23,312 nt of DNA from a virus (Duplodnaviria > Heunggongvirae > Uroviricota > Caudoviricetes), in the IMG/VR virus record IMGVR_UViG_2703718778_000014; one strand, given 5' to 3'. The notes beneath the pieces are model-generated. The model was not told where the DNA came from. It searched no databases and saw only the letters and a list, made by a program, of their open reading frames with translations. Made by a program: the position numbers and the translations under genes. This document shows, in pieces, positions 1-7,551 of the stretch. Within the stretch, counting starts at the first letter, position 1; every line of letters begins with the position of its first letter.

Positions 1-204
1 CTCTCCCCGCGCCGCCTTACGCCGGTCTTCTTTAATTTTGAAATACAGGTTCGTCAGATATGTCAGCAGCCCAAACAGCAGACTCCCCAGCACGCCTATT
101 GCCGCCCACTGAGACGGGGAAACCCTGTCCAGCAACTGCAGGAACCAGTAGCCCGTTCCCACCGCTGACGTGGTGTATGACAAACCTGTTGTGATTTTTT
201 CCAT
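1..204 (-). CDS. Holin, phage 21 / Stx-phage S-type (pinholin-like); 5' part only, gene runs off the left edge
   Basis: Reverse-strand ATG at 204-202; the frame reads [68 protein letters not shown] with no stop before position 1; two hydrophobic segments and a charged tail match lambdoid S holins from memory. The ORF-track call 32..229(-) is a different frame. Confidence 0.55.
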   Translation of the reverse strand, partial: MEKITTGLSYTTSAVGTGYWFLQLLDRVSPSQWAAIGVLGSLLFGLLTYLTNLYFKIKEDRRKAARGE

Positions 205-287
205 CTGGTACATACCCCGTCTCCCGCAATCCGGAAGCTCACAACAACAAGTGGGGCATCAGCTCACACCGACACCCCTGCGCATGG

Positions 288-557
288 TTACATCATCATT
301 TCGCCGTCAGGCTGAGGCTCTTCACTACCGTCAGGCTGAGACCCGACGCCATCTGAAACAGCACTGTCATCCGCAATGCCTTCCGGCTCCGGAACAGTCG
401 GTGCGCCCAGCAGTTCATCCAGAATGGCATCCACTTCTGCATCAAGACGCGCCTCAAGATTCTGGCGGAGTTTTTGTTTCAGTGCGCTCAGGACTTCTTC
501 AGAGCGCAGGACTTCCTTCACTGCCTCAGCAGTTACCAGCGATTTTATTTCTGACAT
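288..557 (-). CDS. Hypothetical acidic protein (89 aa) between the esterase and the holin
   Basis: Internal ATG of ORF 288..710(-) at 557 gives MSEIKSLVTAEAVKEVLRSEE...; the upstream extension looks non-coding. Weak RBS. Family not recognised. Confidence 0.4.
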   Translation of the reverse strand: MSEIKSLVTAEAVKEVLRSEEVLSALKQKLRQNLEARLDAEVDAILDELLGAPTVPEPEGIADDSAVSDGVGSQPDGSEEPQPDGEMMM

Positions 558-594
558 AGGATTTTCTCGTTGAAAGGTGTTGTCAAGAAAGTGA

Positions 595-777
595 CTACGG
601 AATGAGCGGATCTTCGGGTTTGCTTCCGGCTGACTGACTGGCGCTGATTTTCTCAGCGGCCCTTTTATCAATCTGCCTGCGCCAGAAATCGCGCACGACT
701 CTGTACCCACCCGAAAGAAGATACAGCACGCATACCACCGTACAGAAGTACAGCATCAGTTGATGAACAAATGTCAT
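595..777 (-). CDS. Possible small membrane protein (60 aa)
   Basis: ORF with a hydrophobic N-terminal segment (LMLYFCTVVCVLYLL) and a basic tail; weak RBS; could be spurious. Confidence 0.25.
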   Translation of the reverse strand: MTFVHQLMLYFCTVVCVLYLLSGGYRVVRDFWRRQIDKRAAEKISASQSAGSKPEDPLIP

Positions 778-870
778 AGTTTCTTACCGTTATGGTTGAC
801 AATGGCGATGACTTTTCAATAAAAGAAAGGCGATATGTGTTACATATCGTTCTCCATGAGGATACTCCTC

Positions 871-920
871 CGCCAGCGTCAGACTTATCCTCCCGTTCTC
901 CTCTGCGCTGGCGTTTTTTT
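871..920 (+). terminator. Putative plus-strand intrinsic terminator facing the 3' end of the esterase gene
   Basis: 8-bp GC stem cgccagcg (871-878) / cgctggcg (906-913) followed by TTTTTTT (914-920); the loop is long (27 nt), so this is uncertain. Confidence 0.25.
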
Positions 921-923
921 GTT

Positions 924-2912
924 TTATGATGAAGAGGTTGCCTGGTTAATGCTTACCATGATACTGCGGAACATGACAGGATAAGATTTTCCCTGATTTG
1001 CGCTGATACCTGTCACTGTGATGTTATCCACCGTAAAGGCAGAAGTGACCGGACCTTCTTTCAGTGCAAAACCTGTTTTCTCTTCTCCGTCAAGTACCGG
1101 AATAACCTGGTGATTGCCGCCTCCTTTATATTTAAAGACAAGCGTGTGCCAGTTGTTATTAACCGCACCGAATGACTCAATTTTTGTATTAGGCTGTGTT
1201 TTACCGTGATACATGACATCCAGGTTACTGGCTTTTGTCTGAGTGAAAAAGGAGGCCATCATATTGCTGCCGTTGCCTTCCTGAGTCCACCCGGAAACTG
1301 GCAGGTAAACACCAAAGAGGTATTTGTCATCTGCAACCTGGGTACCATCCGGCAACCTGAATTCAAGTTTTATTTCACCGCCATTTTCATACAGAGCACG
1401 GGCATCTTCAGCTGATACTCCTGCTGACAGCATCCACGGTCCCTGTTTGCCCTCATGCTGCTTAATCTTCAGCACCTGTCTGCTTTCATCATTAACAAAC
1501 TCGGCGACACCGTCCCGGGCATTCCAGTGCTGGGCTGCCCAGTTACCACCGAGGCTGTCTTTCTCAACAGCTGAATTATACTCAACAACCGTTCTTCTCT
1601 GAGGTGCATCCTGTGATAACGCAGCATCCTCCACAGGTGACGGGAAATTTCCGGATGTAACGTTTTCCCGTTCATCTCCTGCAACTACCGTTTCTGACCG
1701 CCCGGTGATAAACGCCGGGTATTTGCCTGCGTGGGTCAGAATTGCGGTTGCAAGACGATCTGAAATAATTCCACGCCGCGCCCATGAACCGAAATGGCTT
1801 GCCCTGTCACCTGACGTCCAGCTGACAGAACTGTCTCGCCACTTCGAACCGGAGTAGCCAATACCTTCAATATCAGGATCTTCTGCCGGATTATTGGTCT
1901 GCACATTTACCCCGCTTCCATCAACCATGAAAGGGACAAAGTGAATATTCTGCGCTGCCTTATTTTTATATCCACCGTATACAGTTTCATAAGACGCAGC
2001 ATATTTTTCTTTCCAGTAATGCGTCGTATCGCCACAAACCCACGGAACGCTCAGTGCCGAGCCCCCCACGCACTGCCCTGACATATCAGCGATGTCAGCA
2101 CGGAATTTCTGTACCATGCCAGTAAAAAGAGCATTATGACTCTGGCTTCCTGAAGCCAGATCACTCTCCCCCTGCATCCAGATTACCGCCAGCAGGATAT
2201 TTCCGGGATTTTTAGCCAGCGCGACTTTCGTGCGACTTAACAGATCCTGGTACAGCGGCTTATCAGCTCCCCACAATGCAGAATCAGGGCTTGCCCCGGA
2301 AGAGGCGTTAAATGTTCCCTCATTACCTGTAGTCACTCCCGAGCCTCCACGACAGCATGGAACCAGAAGAATGCCCGCATTCGCCGGTATAAACGGTAAC
2401 AGTTTTTTGGCAATATGCAGTCCCTGACCCACACAACCATACTGACCTTTATTGAGGTCTGCCCGGGGGTGATTTTTTTCACTCATATCCATCACATCAT
2501 GAAGACAATGATCTGCCGGAATAACATCGTTATAGGTGCAGGGAACGCCTCGCGGCGTAACGGTACGTCGACGGGCAAGCTGCTTAATTCTCGGATCAGG
2601 GCGATCATAAGAATCAGGTAACGGTACTCCCTCTCCAAAAGACATACCATTTGACTGACCCGCCAGCGCGACAACATAATAATATTCAGGCTCACCGGTC
2701 TTGCTGATAGCCGTCTCCCCGTCACCCGATGGTTTAACCAGCACCGGCGTGGTGACATCACCTTCCGCCGCAATAGCCTGCATCAGGGTATAAGGCGTGA
2801 TGGCGACAGGGCTGCCAAATGGCTGCCACCCCTCCTTCAGTTTTTGTGTCAGTCGTTCAGCAAGGTCTGACGGCGATGCCGCCCTGACCACATCGTAGTG
2901 TTTAAATGCCAT
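924..2912 (-). CDS. nanS: Phage sialate O-acetylesterase, NanS-p-like (SGNH/SASA hydrolase family), 662 aa
   Basis: ATG at 2912 with RBS GGGAGG; GQSN catalytic block (VVALAGQSNGMSFGEG) typical of sialic-acid-specific 9-O-acetylesterases; size and position between tRNAs and holin match the nanS-p genes of Stx-type prophages. Confidence 0.75.
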   Translation of the reverse strand: MAFKHYDVVRAASPSDLAERLTQKLKEGWQPFGSPVAITPYTLMQAIAAEGDVTTPVLVKPSGDGETAISKTGEPEYYYVVALAGQSNGMSFGEGVPLPDSYDRPDPRIKQLARRRTVTPRGVPCTYNDVIPADHCLHDVMDMSEKNHPRADLNKGQYGCVGQGLHIAKKLLPFIPANAGILLVPCCRGGSGVTTGNEGTFNASSGASPDSALWGADKPLYQDLLSRTKVALAKNPGNILLAVIWMQGESDLASGSQSHNALFTGMVQKFRADIADMSGQCVGGSALSVPWVCGDTTHYWKEKYAASYETVYGGYKNKAAQNIHFVPFMVDGSGVNVQTNNPAEDPDIEGIGYSGSKWRDSSVSWTSGDRASHFGSWARRGIISDRLATAILTHAGKYPAFITGRSETVVAGDERENVTSGNFPSPVEDAALSQDAPQRRTVVEYNSAVEKDSLGGNWAAQHWNARDGVAEFVNDESRQVLKIKQHEGKQGPWMLSAGVSAEDARALYENGGEIKLEFRLPDGTQVADDKYLFGVYLPVSGWTQEGNGSNMMASFFTQTKASNLDVMYHGKTQPNTKIESFGAVNNNWHTLVFKYKGGGNHQVIPVLDGEEKTGFALKEGPVTSAFTVDNITVTGISANQGKSYPVMFRSIMVSINQATSSS

Positions 2913-3104
2913 GAATCCTCCCGGCCGGAATAATGTTCTGAGTCAGAGAAGGCTCGGGCTGACCTCCGGAAACACAAAAGTCACACAAAACAGCCCGCAA
3001 AAAAGAAATACGCCCTTACATACAGTTGCGCAATGTGATTACTGTAAGGTATTATTAGGGCGCTGAATAAATTACTTCACGTTTTGTTATTTATTCCTTG
3101 CCAA

Positions 3105-3130
3105 CCGCTCTTCCCTGGAGCGGTTTTTTT
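3105..3130 (+). terminator. Hairpin plus T7 tract (plus-strand half of a bidirectional terminator at the edge of repeat unit A)
   Basis: ccgctc (3105-3110) / gagcgg (3118-3123) stem followed by ttttttt (3124-3130); paired with a second hairpin at 3142-3161 whose T-tract is on the minus strand. Confidence 0.4.
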
Positions 3131-3136
3131 GCATGT

Positions 3137-3304
3137 AAAAAGGCTCCTGCAATGAGGAGCCTGGATGTATGCCTAATCTCTGTATACTACATGGTGCCGG
3201 GTGCCTCCCGGTGAGTTCAGTATCAGCACCTGAACCCGCACAGAAAGGATAGAGTAGAAACACCTGCGCTGATATGCCCCTCCGCTCAGGGGGATTCACC
3301 ATGC
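3137..3304 (-). ncRNA. Candidate structured small RNA, repeat unit A (boundaries approximate)
   Basis: Conserved blocks shared with units B and C; variable 8-bp stem gagttcag (3213-3220) / ctgaaccc (3230-3237) fully paired only on the minus strand (G-U); minus-sense terminator hairpin 3142-3161 plus T-tract; no conserved ORF. Confidence 0.35.
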
Positions 3305-3398
3305 AGAACTTTTTTAACAACTCCCCGTCAGACAGGCAAGCATCAACCATCTGAACTGTGAGGGATTTAACATTTAACAACACAGCCTTTTCCCGCAC

Positions 3399-3563
3399 AA
3401 AAAAAGCCCCTCAGGAGAGGGGCCGATCGCTGTGTATACACCATAAGCAGCATAGTGCCGGGTGCCTCCCGGTAGATTCAGCCTGACTACTGAATCTGCG
3501 TATTGTGACCATCGCTATGGAGACCATGTCAGACGCCCCTCCGCACAGGGGGATTCACTATGC
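3399..3563 (-). ncRNA. Candidate structured small RNA, repeat unit B (boundaries approximate)
   Basis: Same conserved blocks; variable stem agattcag (3474-3481) / ctgaatct (3490-3497) with compensatory changes relative to A and C; strong minus-sense terminator gcccctcaggagaggggc (3406-3423) followed by TTTTTTT. Confidence 0.35.
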
Positions 3564-3779
3564 TGGCTCGTTTTTACAAGACTTCCATCAATCAGACAAT
3601 AGTCCATCAACCGAATTGTGAGTCATTTAACATTTCCATGAGGTAACTGATATCCAGCTAACAATCATCTGCAATGGACGAAGCCAGTTCCAGAACTTGC
3701 CCACACTACAGCAACAACCACTGCATTCCAAAAATGGAATTTTGGGAGATTACTTCTGCAAACAGCTACCGATAAATAT

Positions 3780-3916
3780 ATCCCTGATTGCCTGCGCAGT
3801 CTGTTCAAAACGCCCGGTATCCAGCTCAACGCCTATAGCACGACGCCCCAGCGCCATCGCTGCTTTAACTGCCGAACCCTACCCCATGAAGAAATCTGCA
3901 ACCAGGCCACCCGGCA
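3780..3916 (-). pseudogene. Relic copy of the 3' end of the DNA methyltransferase gene, with an in-frame stop
   Basis: Nucleotide-level match to 5316-5445 (C-terminal codons of the methyltransferase at 5290..6348); the Ser codon of the FFMGSGST motif (tcg) is TAG here (forward cta at 3879-3881); no start codon or N-terminal region present. Confidence 0.5.
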
Positions 3917-4033
3917 GAAGGGAGACTACAGCCCGCAATTCGAAAAAGGCCGCGCAGTTGCGCAGAGTGATTACTATGGGGTATTATTCGCCAGCTGAAA
4001 TATTACTTCACGTTTTATTGTTTATTCCTTGCC

Positions 4034-4061
4034 GCCCGCGTCTCCCAGCGCGGGCTTTTTT
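4034..4061 (+). terminator. Hairpin plus T6 tract (plus-strand half of a bidirectional terminator at the edge of repeat unit C)
   Basis: gcccgcg (4034-4040) / cgcgggc (4049-4055) followed by tttttt; second hairpin gcccctccagagaggggc at 4074-4091 serves the minus strand. Confidence 0.4.
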
Positions 4062-4065
4062 GTCC

Positions 4066-4245
4066 ATAAGAAAGCCCCTCCAGAGAGGGGCTGAAGCCGC
4101 ATTTCTGTATCACCATGAGCATGGTGCCGGGTGCCTCCCGGTGAGTTCAGCCCGGTGACACTAAACCCGCGTATTCTCGCTTACGATCATCAAAGAGATC
4201 ATACCGTTCACCAGTCGCCCCTCCGCACAGGGGGATTCACCATGC
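4066..4245 (-). ncRNA. Candidate structured small RNA, repeat unit C (boundaries approximate)
   Basis: Same conserved blocks; variable stem gagttcag (4143-4150) / ctaaaccc (4161-4168) has two mismatches on the plus strand that are G-U pairs on the minus strand; minus-sense terminator hairpin at 4074-4091. Confidence 0.35.
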
Positions 4246-4380
4246 GAAATTTTTTTAACAAATGCCCAGTCTGACAGGCAACTGTCAACTTACTGAATTG
4301 TGAGGAATTTAACACTTCACAGCACAATATCTTTCCAGCACCCCAAAATCATCTGGACAGGAGAAAATCTTCTCCCCCAG

Positions 4381-4809
4381 TCAGAGTTTAAAATCCAGCA
4401 CGCCATTTCTAAATGCTTTATATACTCCTGAAGACGGTGGTGATGGTATATCAGCATTCTTTACTGCATTCATCGCTTCACGACATAAATCGGGATCACC
4501 GCTTTCTCTTTTAACCTGTAGCAGAAGACCATTCGGGGCCATATACATTCTCAGTGAACACTCTTTTCCTGAATACTTACCCGCATCCTTTAACTGTTCT
4601 TCTATGGCTTCCCTGACCTGAATGGCATACTGCCGGATTTCTTCACTGGCATCAGGGGTACGTTCCGATAAGCTCAAATTTTGCGACTTTATTAATTTAT
4701 CTGAGTGATGCAGCGAAGCATCATAATTATTTGTCGATACATCTTTTGTGCAGCCAGTTGTCAGACTGGCTAATATCAAAACAAGAACCGGTACAGCACG
4801 GCAATACAT
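4381..4809 (-). CDS. Putative lipoprotein (142 aa), cargo gene in the stx-equivalent slot
   Basis: ATG at 4809 with RBS GGAGATGG; N-terminal signal peptide MYCRAVPVLVLILASLTTGC with a lipobox-like LTTGC; AT-rich upstream region suggests its own promoter. Family not recognised. Confidence 0.55.
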   Translation of the reverse strand: MYCRAVPVLVLILASLTTGCTKDVSTNNYDASLHHSDKLIKSQNLSLSERTPDASEEIRQYAIQVREAIEEQLKDAGKYSGKECSLRMYMAPNGLLLQVKRESGDPDLCREAMNAVKNADIPSPPSSGVYKAFRNGVLDFKL

Positions 4810-5087
4810 TTATCCATCTCCATATTAACAAGAACAATTATCTATAAAATATAGTAAATATGCGGGATCCGGGAGGACTTGTAACTATCATCTCCGGATC
4901 AGCATGTAGTTTTTATTTTTCCGGATGATATATGCCGCAATAATACCCCTGCATACAGATGCCTGCAAATATCTACGAAGCATCCGGCGAGAATAAACAA
5001 GGAAATCTGAGACTATCTTATATGATAGCCTGTTGCTCAAAAGACAATGATTCACTCATCAGAGCTAACAACGCATGATGCAGATAA

Positions 5088-5164
5088 TGGACCGCCATCG
5101 AGGACTCGAACCCCGCGCAGCCAGCTCCGAAGGCTGGCGCTCTATCCCGATGAGCTAATGGCGG
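5088..5164 (-). tRNA. tRNA-Arg, anticodon UCG (77 nt including CCA)
   Basis: Manual cloverleaf on the minus strand: acceptor CCGCCAT/ATGGCGG, D-arm GCTC...GAGC, anticodon stem CCAGC/GCTGG with loop CUUCGGA, T-arm CGGGG-TTCGAGT-CCTCG, 3' CCA. C1-G72 pair is unusual. Confidence 0.7.
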
Positions 5165-5173
5165 TATGTGATA

Positions 5174-5249
5174 TGGTGGCCCTTGCTGGATTTGAACCAG
5201 CGACCTGGCGATTATGAGTCGCTCGCTCTCACCACTGAGCTAAAGGGCC
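5174..5249 (-). tRNA. tRNA-Ile2 type with anticodon CAU (ileX/ileZ-like; tRNA-Met not formally excluded)
   Basis: Minus strand reads GGCCCTTTAGCTCAGTGGTGAGAGCGAGCGACTCATAATCGCCAGGTCGCTGGTTCAAATCCAGCAAGGGCCACCA; canonical arms, anticodon loop CUCAUAA; close to E. coli ileX as recalled. Confidence 0.8.
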
Positions 5250-5289
5250 GGGCGCAGGATAATAACGGTACGTAACTAATCCTGCAATA

Positions 5290-6348
5290 TCATCCGTTCT
5301 GGCTGGCTAAATCCTGAACTTCCCTGACCGTCTGCTCAAAACGTTCAGTCTCCAGCTCAACGCCTGTAGCACGACGCCCCAACACCATCGCTGCTTTGAC
5401 TGTCGAACCCGACCCCATGAAGAAATCTGCAACCAGGTCACCCGGACGACTGCTCGCACTGATTATCTGCTGCAGCATTTCTGCCGGTTTTTCGCACGGA
5501 TGTTTCCCGGGATAGTACTGCACCGGTTTATGCGTCCACACATCGGTGTACGGCACCCGCACCGTCACACCGAAATACCGCCGCAGATGCTTATATTCAC
5601 TCTGCAGTTCCGTATACTGCCGGTTCAGTTCACTGTATGTGCTGACCAGTTGGTGATGTGGCTTTTCCAGTTCTCCGCGCTGATGCTTCTCTTCTGCCAC
5701 CCGGGCAAACAGCGCCTGTAATTTCAGATAATCGCTTTCGTCCGGTAACTGCCACTGGCTGGCACTGAACCAGTGCGACACCATATTTTTCTTTCCTGTG
5801 GCATCCACTATCTGTTTTGCCGTTATCCCCAGGGCAGCACGCGCATCACGAAAGTAAGAAATCAGCGGGGCCATCACATGCTGTTTCAGTGCCCTGCCCT
5901 TCGCCTCATACCCGGCATCTTTCGGGCGATACGGCCCCTGATAATGTTCCGCGAACAGAATGCGCTCTGTGGCGGGGAAATACGCCCTCAGGCTTTCCTT
6001 GTTGCACCCGTTCCAGCGTCCGGACGGCTTTGCCCAGATAATATGGTTCAGCACACTGAAGTGTTCACGCATCATGATTTCGATATCAGATGCCAGGCGA
6101 TGGCCACAGAACAGGTAAAGACTTCCGGCAGGTTTCAGCACCCGCCAGAACTGCGCAAGACACTGGTCCAGCCACTTCAGGTAATCATCGTCGCCCTTCC
6201 ACTGGTTATCCCAGCCCTCAGGCTTCACTTTAAAGTACGGCGGGTCCGTGACTATCAGATCAACAGAATTTTCGGGTAACGACCGGATAAATTCCAGGCA
6301 GTCAGCGTTGATTAACTCACAACTGGATATTTTTACAGTGTTAAGCAT
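5290..6348 (-). CDS. DNA methyltransferase, N6-adenine/N4-cytosine family (DPPY motif), 352 aa
   Basis: ATG at 6348; motif IV DPPY near the N-terminus (LIVTDPPYF) and motif I FxGxG near the C-terminus (DFFMGSGST), i.e. beta-class order; position after Q and before tRNAs as in Stx-type phages. Confidence 0.8.
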   Translation of the reverse strand: MLNTVKISSCELINADCLEFIRSLPENSVDLIVTDPPYFKVKPEGWDNQWKGDDDYLKWLDQCLAQFWRVLKPAGSLYLFCGHRLASDIEIMMREHFSVLNHIIWAKPSGRWNGCNKESLRAYFPATERILFAEHYQGPYRPKDAGYEAKGRALKQHVMAPLISYFRDARAALGITAKQIVDATGKKNMVSHWFSASQWQLPDESDYLKLQALFARVAEEKHQRGELEKPHHQLVSTYSELNRQYTELQSEYKHLRRYFGVTVRVPYTDVWTHKPVQYYPGKHPCEKPAEMLQQIISASSRPGDLVADFFMGSGSTVKAAMVLGRRATGVELETERFEQTVREVQDLASQNG

Positions 6349-6486
6349 GGATCATTAAGCCTGTCTCTGATAGGCTCATTCTGCTTTTGCGCAAAGCAGT
6401 GGGCCTGAGGTTTGCTTGTGATCCTGACGCATGAGCAGATGGCTGGTGAGTGCCCCTAACACCCACCAGCCGCCCATTTACCACAA

Positions 6487-6512
6487 ATAAAAAAGCCTTC
6501 AGGACTGAAGGC
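6487..6512 (-). terminator. Intrinsic terminator (minus strand), third of a stack
   Basis: Stem gccttcag (6495-6502) / tgaaggc (6506-6512); minus-sense transcript is followed by TTTTTTATTT. Confidence 0.4.
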
Positions 6513-6546
6513 GTCTGTAACAACCGAACTGATAGTCTGCCAGCCC

Positions 6547-6569
6547 AAAAAAAACCCGCCAGTGGCGGG
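6547..6569 (-). terminator. Intrinsic terminator (minus strand), second of a stack
   Basis: Stem cccgcc (6555-6560) / ggcggg (6564-6569) preceded on the plus strand by A8 (6547-6554), i.e. T8 after the hairpin on the minus strand. Confidence 0.45.
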
Positions 6570-6773
6570 GATCTTTTGATAAAAACGACAAAGGCACCAT
6601 TAAGGTGCCTTTTACACAGGGCAGCAGGCTTGTCATCACCTTATTGCTACTCCTGGCTTCCAGTTCGGAAGTCTCACAAGTCCCATCAGGGTACAGCGAC
6701 AGTATCAGTCAACACTCTATGATTCTGCTGAACAGGCAGTTTCGCACTGTACATTATAACCTGTTAAGCCAAC

Positions 6774-6795
6774 AAAAAACCCGCTCGGCGGCGGG
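6774..6795 (-). terminator. tR'-like intrinsic terminator downstream of the candidate late promoter
   Basis: Stem cccgc (6780-6784) / gcggg (6791-6795), loop tcggcg, followed on the minus strand by TTTTTTG (6774-6779). Confidence 0.4.
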
Positions 6796-6849
6796 GTTTG
6801 CTTACTTTGCCATCGCGAACAAAATCTGCAAAATATCAGATTTACACGG

Positions 6850-6878
6850 AATATATGCTCTTCAGTTCTATTTTGCAA
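6850..6878 (-). promoter_or_regulatory. Candidate late promoter pR' just after the Q gene
   Basis: On the minus strand: -35 TTGCAA (6878-6873), 17-nt spacer, -10 TATATT (6855-6850); about 60-75 nt upstream of the tR'-like terminator, as in the lambda pR'-tR' arrangement. Confidence 0.3.
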
Positions 6879-7551
6879 GATATGGTTCTAAATTAATCGA
6901 CTTTTGCCGTGAACGTACCCGCATTACTGAAATAAGAGCATCCCTGTCCAGCATCTCTGCACTACCCCGCATAGCCAACCAGTGAGGCCTGTGTGTTTTT
7001 GTCCATGTAGATTTAGCAACTCCTATGAACACCGCTAACTCCTGATGTTCATAGGTCTCACGCCCTGCCAGCTCACTCTTCACATCCTGTGCCGCCAGCC
7101 AAATCAGTTTCTTCAGACGATCCAGCGTTTTCCCTGCAATTTTTCTGGTACCAGCCTGAGCTTTAAACTCACCCCATACCCATTGTGTTATAGTGACCTG
7201 ATCTTCCCAGCAAACATTTCCACTGTAGCACCACAGTAACCACGCCTTCTGATGTTCTTCCAGTTCCAGAACGGCACGCCGCCACGATGATGTTGCAAAC
7301 TCAACCGGACTGACCAGCGCAATTGATGAGCCTTTCGCCAGTGATTGTTTACCCGGGATCGGTTGATTATCCCGCGTGATCATTTTTCCGGTTACCTCAT
7401 CGCGATAACGAATTTTTTTGCGTCTGTAACACCCTGTATCGAACAGGGCATTCTCCTGCCAGGCTTCCAGCTGGCCTTTTGTCGCCCCACTGAGATCCGC
7501 AGTGGCAATCATGAGTTGCTCACGAACAAACTGTAAATACTGGTTATTCAT
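6868..7551 (-). CDS. Late antiterminator Q-like protein (QuuQ/YdfT-like family by position and size)
   Basis: ATG at 7551 overlaps the rusA stop (ATGA); sits between rusA and the pR'/terminator region as Q does in lambdoid phages. Family assignment is from gene order and recalled Qin-prophage context, not a motif match. Confidence 0.5.
   Translation of the reverse strand: MNNQYLQFVREQLMIATADLSGATKGQLEAWQENALFDTGCYRRKKIRYRDEVTGKMITRDNQPIPGKQSLAKGSSIALVSPVEFATSSWRRAVLELEEHQKAWLLWCYSGNVCWEDQVTITQWVWGEFKAQAGTRKIAGKTLDRLKKLIWLAAQDVKSELAGRETYEHQELAVFIGVAKSTWTKTHRPHWLAMRGSAEMLDRDALISVMRVRSRQKSINLEPYLAK

Noticed and set aside
32-229. ORF-track CDS 32..229(-), 65 aa
   Set aside because: Wrong frame: the holin is encoded in a different frame of the same strand starting at 204 and running off the window edge; the 65-aa product has no membrane-protein character.
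1206-2773. Short plus- and minus-strand ORFs inside the nanS-p gene (for example 1206..1415, 1324..1602, 2230..2427, 2492..2773)
   Set aside because: All are nested within or antisense to the 662-aa esterase gene, which has clear catalytic motifs.
3697-4158. ORF 3697..4158(+), 153 aa
   Set aside because: Spans the methyltransferase relic (antisense) and repeat and terminator sequences; Pro/Arg/Ala-rich product typical of a spurious GC-rich frame.
3035-4320. Repeat units as a CRISPR array or as tRNA genes
   Set aside because: Units are about 170-270 bp with internal variable hairpins, not 28-37-bp direct repeats separated by spacers. No cloverleaf can be drawn: the 3' CCGGG-AGGCA-CCCGG-CACCA end lacks a T-arm and acceptor pairing.
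2913-4380. Shiga toxin genes (stxA/stxB) between the tRNAs and nanS-p
   Set aside because: No ORF of the required size (about 320 and 90 codons) exists on the minus strand in this interval; it is occupied by repeats, terminators and the lipoprotein gene.
6341-6985. ORFs 6341..6523(-), 6450..6722(+), 6605..6985(+) in the Q-methyltransferase intergenic region
   Set aside because: They overlap the terminator hairpins and the candidate pR' or run antisense to the late transcript; no RBS; low-complexity products.
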